A DNA stretch of 64,000 nucleotides. Origin: an uncultured Chloroflexia bacterium (lineage in GTDB: Bacteria; Chloroflexota; Limnocylindria; Limnocylindrales; CSP1-4). Each line of letters opens with the position of its first letter. The first letter of the stretch is position 1. The notes under the pieces are model-generated. The model was not told the DNA's origin, ran no database searches, and worked only from the letters and a program-made list of their open reading frames with translations. The position numbers were made by a program, and so were the translations under genes. Below are positions 23,845-32,367 of this stretch, in pieces. The stretch lies in assembly GCA_963763775.1 (NCBI GenBank), contig CAVXPZ010000004.1, positions 640,001-704,000 of the forward strand. Reading direction: 5' to 3'.

Positions 23845-25826
23845 GCGGGCCGGGTGGCGCGGCCGCCGGCCAGGGCGCGGCCCGACGGCCGCCGCCTCGC
23901 GGATTCGGCGGCGGCGGGCCGTTCGGCGGCCCGGGGCTGCCGGCCGAGAAGGCCAAGGACTTCAAGGGCTCGTTCCGACGGCTGGCCGGCACGCTCCGAC
24001 CGGAGGCGCCACGCATCTTCCTGGTCGTGCTGCTGGCGATCGTGAGCGTCACGTTCGCGGTCATCGGCCCGAAGTTGCTCGGGAACGCGACGGACATCCT
24101 CTTCGACGGCGTCGTCAGCCAGCAGATCCCCGCCGGGATGACCCAGCAGCAGGCCATCGACGCGCTGAATGCCGCCGGCCAGACGCAGCAGGCGGACATG
24201 CTCGCGTCCATGACCGTGACCCCGGGCGCCGGCGTCGACCTCACCGCGTTGCGCAACGTCCTGGTCGTCGTCGCGGTGATCTACATCCTGAGCTCGCTCT
24301 TCGCGTGGATGCAGTCCTACGTGATGGCCGGCGTGTCGCAGCGGACCGTCTACCGGATGCGGCAGGACGTCGACGAGAAGCTGTCGCGGCTCCCGCTGCG
24401 CTACTACGACAGCCACGCCCGCGGCGACATCCTGAGCCGCGTCACCAACGACATCGACAACATCGCCAACTCGCTCCAGCAGACGCTGACGCAGCTCATC
24501 ACCGCGGTCTGCACGATCATCGGCGTGCTCGCGATGATGCTCTGGATCAGCCCACTGCTCGCCGTCATCTCGCTGCTGACCGTGCCCCTCTCGATCGTCG
24601 TGACGGTGTTCGTGGCCAAGCGCTCGCAGATGCAGTTCGCCGCGCAGTGGGCCCAGACCGGGCGGCTGAACGGCCACGTCGAGGAGTCGCACACCGGGCA
24701 CGCCATCGTGAAGGCGTTCGGCCGGCAGCACGAGGCGATCGAGCGCTTCGACATCGAGAACGAGCAGCTCTTCCAGGCGAGCTACCGGGCCCAGTTCCTG
24801 TCCGGCACGATCCAGCCGGCGATGCAGTTCATCGCCAACATCAACTACGTCCTGATCTGCGTCATCGGCGGGATCCAAGTGGCGAACGGCCAGATGAGCC
24901 TCGGCGACGTCCAGGCGTTCGTGCAGTACTCGCGCCAGTTCACGATGCCCATCACGCAGACCGCCAGCATCGCCAACGTCATCCAGTCCGCGGTCGCATC
25001 CGCCGAACGCGTCTTCGAGCTCCTCGACGAGCCCGAGGAGGTCCCGGACACGGCGATCGTCGGGATCCGGCCGGTGGTCCAGGGTCGCGTCGAGCTCGAG
25101 GACGTCTCCTTCCGCTACCTGCCCGACGCGCCACTGATCGACGACCTGAACCTCGTCGTCGAGCCGGGCCAGACGGTCGCGATCGTCGGTCCGACCGGGG
25201 CCGGGAAGACGACCCTCGTGAACCTGCTCATGCGCTTCTACGAGATCGACGGCGGGCACATCCGCGTCGACGGCATCGACAGCCGCGAGATGTCGCGCGA
25301 CGAGCTGCGCTCGACGTTCGGGATGGTCCTCCAGGACACGTGGCTGTTCCACGGCACGATCCGCGAGAACATCGCCTATGGCCGCGACGACGCGACGGAC
25401 GAGGAGATCGATGCGGCCGCGACGGCCGCGCACGTCGACCACTTCGTGCGGACGCTGCCCGACGGCTACGACACGATCCTCGACGACGACGCGACGAGCG
25501 TGTCCCAGGGCGAGAAGCAGCTCCTGACCATCGCGCGGGCGTTCCTCGCCGATCGACGCATCCTCATCCTCGACGAGGCGACGAGCTCGGTCGACACACG
25601 GACCGAGGTGCTCATCCAGCGGGCGATGGCCAAGCTGATGCTCGGGCGGACGAGCTTCGTCATCGCCCATCGGCTCTCGACCATCCGCGACGCCGACACG
25701 ATCCTGGTCATGGATCACGGGAAGATCGTCGAGCAGGGGACGCACGAGGCGCTCATGGCGCGCGGCGGCTTCTACTTCGACCTCTACGACAGCCAGTTCG
25801 CCGAGCCGTTGCAGGAAGCGGTCTAG
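23841..25826 (+). CDS. ABC exporter, fused permease/ATPase (consensus-site half)
   Basis: GPTGAGKT, SQGEKQ, LDEATS, AHRLST; heterodimer of the TM287/288 type. Confidence 0.95.
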   Translation: MSGPGGAAAGQGAARRPPPRGFGGGGPFGGPGLPAEKAKDFKGSFRRLAGTLRPEAPRIFLVVLLAIVSVTFAVIGPKLLGNATDILFDGVVSQQIPAGMTQQQAIDALNAAGQTQQADMLASMTVTPGAGVDLTALRNVLVVVAVIYILSSLFAWMQSYVMAGVSQRTVYRMRQDVDEKLSRLPLRYYDSHARGDILSRVTNDIDNIANSLQQTLTQLITAVCTIIGVLAMMLWISPLLAVISLLTVPLSIVVTVFVAKRSQMQFAAQWAQTGRLNGHVEESHTGHAIVKAFGRQHEAIERFDIENEQLFQASYRAQFLSGTIQPAMQFIANINYVLICVIGGIQVANGQMSLGDVQAFVQYSRQFTMPITQTASIANVIQSAVASAERVFELLDEPEEVPDTAIVGIRPVVQGRVELEDVSFRYLPDAPLIDDLNLVVEPGQTVAIVGPTGAGKTTLVNLLMRFYEIDGGHIRVDGIDSREMSRDELRSTFGMVLQDTWLFHGTIRENIAYGRDDATDEEIDAAATAAHVDHFVRTLPDGYDTILDDDATSVSQGEKQLLTIARAFLADRRILILDEATSSVDTRTEVLIQRAMAKLMLGRTSFVIAHRLSTIRDADTILVMDHGKIVEQGTHEALMARGGFYFDLYDSQFAEPLQEAV

Positions 25827-25936
25827 CCGGCCGACCGGCGCGGTAAGCCGTCGTGGGGTATGGTCCCCGAGGCTCACATCCGCGTGACGAGCCCCGTCAC
25901 GCCGTCGCTGACCAACCACGTTCCAGGAGGTTCCGC

Positions 25937-26708
25937 GTGCGTCGACTCTTCATCGGGCTGGCCATGGCGGCCATCGCCGTCTCGGCCATGGCCTGCTCCG
26001 CATCCGGCGGTTCCGGCGGGACCATCGATGGCACGAGCTGGAAGCTCACGTCGTACAGCGTCTCCGGGACGTCGACGAACGTGCCGGCCGGCGTCGTGGT
26101 CGATGCCCACTTCGCGGGAGATCGCGTGTCCGGCTTCGGTGGTTGCAACGCCTACGGTGGCACGGCCGCCATCTCGGGCTCCACCATCAAGATCAGCGAC
26201 GTCTTCAGCACGCAGATGGCGTGCGAGGGCGATGGCTCGACGGTCGAGACGGCCTACCTCGCGAACCTCGCGAATGCCGCCACCTTCACCGCGACCGCCG
26301 ACGCGCTGACGATCTTCGACAGCAGCGGCAAGTCGATCCTGGTGTACGCGGCCGGGGCGGCGAACCCGATCGAAGGCTTCTGGAACGTCACCGGCTACAA
26401 CAACGGCAACGAGGCGGTCGATCTCGCCGATCACCGGGACGACCCTGACAGCCAACTTCACCCCGGGTGACGAGGTCGGCGGATCCGCGGGCTGCAACGA
26501 CTACAGCGGGACCTACAAGCTCGACGGCACGAGCCTCACCGTGAGCCAGGTCGTCACGACCCGCAAGGCCTGCGACCAGGCGATCATGGACCAGGAGACC
26601 CAGTTCCTGACCGCGCTCCAGACGCCGACCACGGTCGAGACGTCCGGGGCGACGATCACCCTCCGCGCCGCCGACGGCGCCACCCAGGTGGTCCTCGGTC
26701 CGAAGTGA
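25937..26708 (+). CDS. Lipoprotein with two META (HslJ-like) domains; frameshift near 26420
   Basis: RBS AGGAGG; lipobox AMAC; W.L..., GFGGCN.Y.G, STQMAC; second copy GSAGCNDY.G, TTRKAC. Confidence 0.85.
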
Positions 26709-26732
26709 TCCCCGGCCGCCCACCAGCGGCCC

Positions 26733-27882
26733 TCAGGCCGCCGACGGGACCGGTCCGAAGCGGGCCGGGTCGAGCGGCGGCCGGCGGGCTGGCCTGACGG
26801 CCGAGGACAAGGTCGGCGATCAGCCGGCCGCTGGCAGGCCCGGTCGAGATGCCCCATGGGCCGTGGCCCGCGGCGATCCAGAGTCCGTCGATCCCGGGGA
26901 CGGCCCCGATCAACGGGCGACCGTCCGCACTGAGCGGGCGGGCGCAGACCCGATCCGCCCCGACCGCCGCGCCGGCCAGGCCCGGGACGAATCCACGGCC
27001 TCGTTCGATGAGCGCCGGGACCACCCGTGACGGGTGCGGCTCGGCCAGGAAGAAGGTCGAGCCCAGCGAGCTGGCGGCCCCAGCCGGGACGAGACTGAAC
27101 CCGAACTCCGCCGACGGTTCCGGCTCGCCGGCGTCGCCCGGCTCGATCTCGAGCTCGATCTCTTCGAGGACGTGCGACGGCGCGGCCGCGAGGGTCACCG
27201 ACACCACCACGCCCCAGGTCCGGGTGATCGGCCGCCAGGCTCCGCTCGGATCCACGAGGCCAGGCGACCACGGGCCGGCCGCGACCACGATGTCCGCGGC
27301 GGCCAGGGTCGTCCCGTCCGCGAACGTCACGCCGGCGACCCGGCCGTCGACGATCCGAGGGCTGGCGCCCGCCCCGACCCGGACCTCGACACCGAGGGCC
27401 GCCGCCCGGTCGGCGTACGCTCGAGTCGCTGCCTCAGGAGCCACCGGAAACCCGATCGGGAGCCTGACCGCCGTGACGTCCGGCGCCACGGATGGTTCGA
27501 GCCGGCGGGCCTCCCCACTCGGGAGAAGGACCGGTTCCAGCTCCGGGTGCGCCGCCGCCAGCTCGTCCGCGAACCGTCGTGCTGCGGCCTCGTCATGCCC
27601 GACGCACAGCATCCCGACCGGCTCGGCGGGGAACGCGAAGGCCCCCGACGACTCGGCAGCCAGCGCCTGATACCGGGCGACCGTCTCGTGGTACAGCCGC
27701 GCGAGCACCGGGTCGAACGGATGCTGGACGACGCCCGAGTTGCGGCCCGAGGCGCCCGCCGCCACGGCGGTCCGCTCCACGAGGACGACCCGTGCGCCCG
27801 CCGACGCGAGATGGGCGGCGGCCGAGGTGCCGATGATCCCGCCCCCGATCACGATGACGTCGATCGGGCGCGTCGAGCTCAT
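26733..27882 (-). CDS. FAD-dependent oxidoreductase, D-amino acid/glycine oxidase family; frameshift near 26775
   Basis: IGGGIIG, GASGRNSG, VAAGPWS, RPLSADGRPLIG, AGHGPWGISTGP. Confidence 0.9.
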
Positions 27883-27892
27883 CCGAGAGCGC

Positions 27893-29272
27893 TCAACCGG
27901 GTGCGGCGGCGGGTGGCGGCGCGGATGCGACGGGCGGCGCGGCCTGGCGCAACGCCTCCGTGGCCGGCGGCCGCCCGCGGCGCGCGCCGAGCAACTCGGT
28001 GACGATGAAGGCCACCACCACCGCGACGATGATGAGCGGCGCCAGGGCCAGCCCGGCCTGGGTCACGACCATCGCGAGGATCACCGCCGAGAGCGGCAGG
28101 CGAAGCATCGAGACCGTCATCGCGCCCATCCCGATCGCGATCATCACCGTCTCGGACAGCCCGAGCAGGTTCGCCGCGAGCAGACCGCCGACGAGCCCCA
28201 GGAACATCGCCGGGAACGTGGGGCCGCCGCGGAAACTCCCCAGCGAGACACTCCAGGCGAGACCCTTGAAGACCAGCAGCGCGGCGAGCGTCGCGACCGA
28301 CAGGGTCGGCCCGAGCTGGACGACCTGCCCCATGGCGTCCTGGCCGGAGAACAGCACGGACTCGGCCGGCTGTCCGGTGACCTGGGCGAAGGCGATCGCG
28401 AGGACCGCGACCACGAGACCCGCGACCGGGATGAGCAGGAGCGGCCGTTTCATGACCACGTCCTCGGCCTTCCAGGCGAGCTCGAGGATGACCCGGACGA
28501 AGATGGCGCACAGGACACCGAGCACGATCGCCAGCACGAACTCGCTGATGCCCAGGTCGGGCGGCGCCGGCAGCCCGAGCGGTCCCAGCGCGTACGCGGA
28601 CGTACTGAGCCCGCTGAGGTTGCCCATGCCGATGAAGACCACGGACCCGATCCCGGCGGCGATCAGCCCGGGGAGCAGCACCAGGGGCAGGGTCGGCCCG
28701 CCCAGGCCGGCCGCCTCGATGATGATCACCGCGCCGATGACCGGGTTGCCGAAGATCGTGGAGATCGCCGCGAAACTCCCCGCGGCGGCCATGACCAGCT
28801 TCACCTGGTCGGGTGCGCCCTTCCGGACGAGGTCGACCGTGAGGAGCGCGAGTCCCCCGCCGAGCGCGATCAGGGGCGCCTCGGGGCCGAGGACCACGCC
28901 CAGGCCGATGCCCGCGACGGCCGCGAGCAGGACACCGGGCAGCATCGCCGGGAGCGTCGGCGGTCCGGCCGAGAGGCCGGCCGCCGGTCGATGCCCGCCG
29001 TGCCCGGGCATCCGGACGATGGCGTACGCGATCGGGATGCCGGCGAGGCCGAGGATGGGTAGCGGCCACCACCCCGGTGTGTCCGCGAACCCGATCGCGG
29101 CCGGAAGGTCGACGTAGACCCAGTGCTGCATCCGCACGGTCAGCTCGAGGAAGGCCCAGCCGACCAGGGACACGACGATCCCGACGATCGCCGCAAGGAT
29201 GAGGACGGCGATGTAGCCGCGGCTCCGGATGAGGGCGCCGGGGTCGATCGGATGGTCGGCGGCAGCGGTCAC
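27893..29272 (-). CDS. ClC-family chloride channel/transporter (GPEAP subtype)
   Basis: Multi-TM protein; LGPEAPL, FSGQ, FRGGPTFP; RBS GAAGGAG. Confidence 0.88.
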   Translation of the reverse strand: MTAAADHPIDPGALIRSRGYIAVLILAAIVGIVVSLVGWAFLELTVRMQHWVYVDLPAAIGFADTPGWWPLPILGLAGIPIAYAIVRMPGHGGHRPAAGLSAGPPTLPAMLPGVLLAAVAGIGLGVVLGPEAPLIALGGGLALLTVDLVRKGAPDQVKLVMAAAGSFAAISTIFGNPVIGAVIIIEAAGLGGPTLPLVLLPGLIAAGIGSVVFIGMGNLSGLSTSAYALGPLGLPAPPDLGISEFVLAIVLGVLCAIFVRVILELAWKAEDVVMKRPLLLIPVAGLVVAVLAIAFAQVTGQPAESVLFSGQDAMGQVVQLGPTLSVATLAALLVFKGLAWSVSLGSFRGGPTFPAMFLGLVGGLLAANLLGLSETVMIAIGMGAMTVSMLRLPLSAVILAMVVTQAGLALAPLIIVAVVVAFIVTELLGARRGRPPATEALRQAAPPVASAPPPAAAPG

Positions 29273-29419
29273 GCGGTCTCCTTCGGGCGGGCACCGAATG
29301 CTACTAGACGGCACTGCACCGTCGACGTCCGGGACGACGTCCCAGCAGGGACGCTAGAATGCCGCGGCGTCCCGCGGGCGGGTCGCACTCCGCTCTGACA
29401 CCAGCACCTTGGGAGACCC

Positions 29420-30475
29420 ATGCGCAAGCTCGCCTTCATCGTGATCGCCGCCCTCGCCGCGGTGATCGTCGCCGCGTGCGGCAGCAGCACGAGCAACCTG
29501 ACCGGCAAGGATTGGCACCTGACCGCGATCACCGAGAAGGTGCCGGCGTACCAGGGCGTCGTGCCAGCGGAGAACCAGGGCAAGTACACGATCACGTTCA
29601 ACACGGATGAGACGTACAACGGCAAGGCCGACTGCAACGTCTTCGCCGGGACGTACAAGACGACCGGCTCGGGAGGCCTGACGATCAGCGCCGGACCGTC
29701 GACGCTGGCCTTCTGCCCGGACGGTTCGTACTCGGACCTCTTCATCCATGCCCTCACCCAGGCCGAGAGCTACGCCGTCGCGAACGACCAGCTGACGATC
29801 ACCCTCAAGGACGGCGGGATGCTGGTGTTCGTGGTCGGGACGCCTGGCGCCTCCGCGAGTGCCGAGGCGGTCGTGACGGCCTCTCCGACGCCGACGGCCT
29901 CCCCCACTCCGACGCCGACGCCCACGCCGACGCCGACACCCACCGCGTCCCCGACACCAACGCCCACGCCGACGCCCACCGCGTCCCCGACCGCGACGCC
30001 GAAGCCGAGTGGCAGCGCCAAGCCGACGGCCACGCCGGCGCCTACGCCCACACCCACCCCGAAGCCCACGCCGGCCCCGACGCCCAAGCCGACCCCGGCC
30101 CCGACGCCGGCTCCGACCCCGTCGCCCGGAGCGGGCCTGGTCGGCCCGACGTGGCGGTTGAGCAGCATCACCGAGCGAAACCCGGCCTTCCAGGGCGTCA
30201 TCCCCGAGGCCGATCGCGACAAGTACACGATCTCGTTCGCGGCGGCCGGCACGTTCAGCGCCCGCGCCGACTGCAACACGGTCAACGGCACGTGGACGGC
30301 CACCGCCTCGGGCGGGCTGACCCTCACGCTCGGACCGTCGACGCTCGTGATCTGCGGTGAGGGCTCGTTCTCGGACCTCTACATCCTCGGTCTGAGCAAC
30401 GCGGCGAGCTACACCGTCGCGGGGACGACGCTGACGATCACGCTCCACGACCAGGGCACGCTCGTCTACCAGTAG
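29420..30475 (+). CDS. Lipoprotein with two META domains separated by a Pro/Thr linker
   Basis: Lipobox VAAC; duplicated W.L..ITE..PA.QGV.P...KYTI.F...ADCN...GPSTL..C...SDL.I..L. Confidence 0.88.
   Translation: MRKLAFIVIAALAAVIVAACGSSTSNLTGKDWHLTAITEKVPAYQGVVPAENQGKYTITFNTDETYNGKADCNVFAGTYKTTGSGGLTISAGPSTLAFCPDGSYSDLFIHALTQAESYAVANDQLTITLKDGGMLVFVVGTPGASASAEAVVTASPTPTASPTPTPTPTPTPTPTASPTPTPTPTPTASPTATPKPSGSAKPTATPAPTPTPTPKPTPAPTPKPTPAPTPAPTPSPGAGLVGPTWRLSSITERNPAFQGVIPEADRDKYTISFAAAGTFSARADCNTVNGTWTATASGGLTLTLGPSTLVICGEGSFSDLYILGLSNAASYTVAGTTLTITLHDQGTLVYQ
29875..30130 (+). repeat. Pro/Thr coding repeat tract
   Basis: [13 protein letters not shown] repeats in frame. Confidence 0.85.
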
Positions 30476-30511
30476 ACCCGGGGAACCTGTGCCGGGGCTG
30501 GGGAGCGGTCC

Positions 30512-31735
30512 TCAGCCCTGCTGGAGGTAGATCTTTCCGCTCGCCTGGTCGACTTTGATGGGGAGCTCGGTCAACGGCGTGTCCGTCGGCCCGCCGACCA
30601 CCGCGGCGTGGTGTCCCGGGTCGAAGGCGGCGCCGTGGCACGGGCACAGCAGCAGGCCGGAGGCCCGGTCGTAGCGAACGGTGCACCCGGCGTGCGTGCA
30701 GACGGTGTCGTACGCCGCGACCGAGCCGTCCGGCAGTCGGACGATCACGGCGGGGTCGCCGGTCGACTGGACGTGGAACCGTCGCGCCTGACCCACGGGG
30801 ACCTGATCGAGCGTGCCGAGCAACGTACCGGTCACACCGGCGGCGGGGGCGGACGACGGCGCTGCGGACCCTCCTTGGGCCCCCGACACTGCCTGGGCCG
30901 ACGGGGCGTCCGTCGCGCCGCCGGCTGGGGCCGAGCCCGGGTTCCCCTGCGCGGCCGTGGCGTCCGGGAAGGTGCCGGCGCCCTGGTCTGCCGCGGCGAC
31001 GACCGGCGCCGACCGTGACAGGAATCGTCCGAACGCCGCCAGGCCGATGCTGGCGAAGGCGAGGATCCCGAGCTGCAGCGCCGTCCGACGTCCGGGGTCG
31101 GCCGGGTCCTCCCAGCGGGCGGCACCGGCCCAGGCCGAACGCGAGGCCGACGCCGCCTCGCGTCGAGCGAGCCACGACTCGATCGTCAGCACGCCACCGG
31201 AACCGGCCGCGGCCAGCGTGATCCACCCGAGCGCGTACGGGAGGTCCGGCCCGAGGTAGTACGGCCGCGTCGTCCACGATGCGGTCAGGAAGAACAGGAT
31301 CGAGAGGCCGGCGCCGGCGATCGCGCTCCAGCGGTAGAGCAACCCGAGGACGGCCCCGAGGCCGACGGCGATCTCGAGGAGTGAGATCCCCAGCCCGGTC
31401 AGGACCGGGAACGGTTGGGCGAAGATCGTCACGAGCGGCGCGAGCGGCGAGACCCGGACGAATTCCTGGAGCTGCATGGCGATCGACCCTGGACCGTCCG
31501 ACCGAAGGAACGCCGGGTCGAGCAGCTTGTCCAGACCGGCGTACACGAACATCGCGCCCAGGAAGAAGCGGAGGGGCAGCAGCGCCGCGGCCGGGACGGA
31601 TCCGCGGAGGGTCTCCGGCAGGCCGGGCCCCTCGTCGGCCTCGTCAGCCGTCCCGGGAGGTCGGCGTGGCTGGGCGAACGGGTCGAATGCCGCCCCGTGC
31701 GATCGGCGGGCGGAGCGGGAACGTCGTGAGGACAC
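30512..31735 (-). CDS. DoxX/DoxD membrane domain fused to a Rieske 2Fe-2S domain
   Basis: LLPLRFFLG...YAGLDK, EIAVGLG, YYLGPD; C-terminal CTHAGC...CPCHGAAFD. Confidence 0.88.
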   Translation of the reverse strand: MSSRRSRSARRSHGAAFDPFAQPRRPPGTADEADEGPGLPETLRGSVPAAALLPLRFFLGAMFVYAGLDKLLDPAFLRSDGPGSIAMQLQEFVRVSPLAPLVTIFAQPFPVLTGLGISLLEIAVGLGAVLGLLYRWSAIAGAGLSILFFLTASWTTRPYYLGPDLPYALGWITLAAAGSGGVLTIESWLARREAASASRSAWAGAARWEDPADPGRRTALQLGILAFASIGLAAFGRFLSRSAPVVAAADQGAGTFPDATAAQGNPGSAPAGGATDAPSAQAVSGAQGGSAAPSSAPAAGVTGTLLGTLDQVPVGQARRFHVQSTGDPAVIVRLPDGSVAAYDTVCTHAGCTVRYDRASGLLLCPCHGAAFDPGHHAAVVGGPTDTPLTELPIKVDQASGKIYLQQG

Positions 31736-31925
31736 GGGCCATCCTTGCGGTCATCGAGAGCGAGCGGTCAGGGCGCGAGTCTGTCTGCCCGGCGGTTATG
31801 TTCGGGCGCACGGTTGGCCAAGATTCCGAAACCTTTGTGAAGTCTCATCTCCGGCACCATGCGGGGGTCGCCACCGCCCCTCAGACTGTGTCCATCCGCC
31901 GATCCGCCCGGAACGAGGTGATCCC

Positions 31926-32315
31926 ATGCTGGCCGATTCGATGATGGTGACGACGGTCGCGGTGACCGATCTCGAACGGGCGAAGGCCTTCTTCGCCGAT
32001 CGACTCGGCCTGCCGGTGCTCGACGAGCAACCGTTCGCGATCCGGTTCGGTGCCGGGCGCGGGACCCAGATCTCGGTCAGGCGCGGCCAGCCCAATGTCG
32101 GACAGACCGTCGGCCATTTCGAGGTCGACGACATCGAGACCGTCGTGCGCGACCTCACGTCGCGCGGCGTCCCGTTCCAGGAGTACGAGACCCCCAAGAC
32201 CGTCGACTTCATCGCGCAGGTCGGTCCCGCCCGCGGCGCCTGGTTCACCGATCCCGACGGCAACGTCTTCGGCGTTCGGGAGGGCCCGGTGCCCTCCGCC
32301 GCGGCCGCCGGCTAG
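31926..32315 (+). CDS. VOC/glyoxalase-family protein
   Basis: VTDLERAKAFF...LGL, FEVDDI, AWFTDPDGN; RBS GAGGTGA. Confidence 0.9.
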   Translation: MLADSMMVTTVAVTDLERAKAFFADRLGLPVLDEQPFAIRFGAGRGTQISVRRGQPNVGQTVGHFEVDDIETVVRDLTSRGVPFQEYETPKTVDFIAQVGPARGAWFTDPDGNVFGVREGPVPSAAAAG

Positions 32316-32318
32316 CGT

Positions 32319-32344
32319 GAGGCCCTCCCGGTCGGGAGGGCCTC
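32319..32344. terminator. Hairpin between convergent genes
   Basis: gaggccctcccg-gt-cgggagggcctc. Confidence 0.65.
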
Positions 32345-32367
32345 GACGGACGGAGCCGGGTCGTTCC

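Noticed and set aside
27893-29272. Fluoride-specific CLC-F exporter
   Set aside because: Lacks the GNNLI/GREGT/GEVTP signatures, and no fluoride riboswitch is evident.
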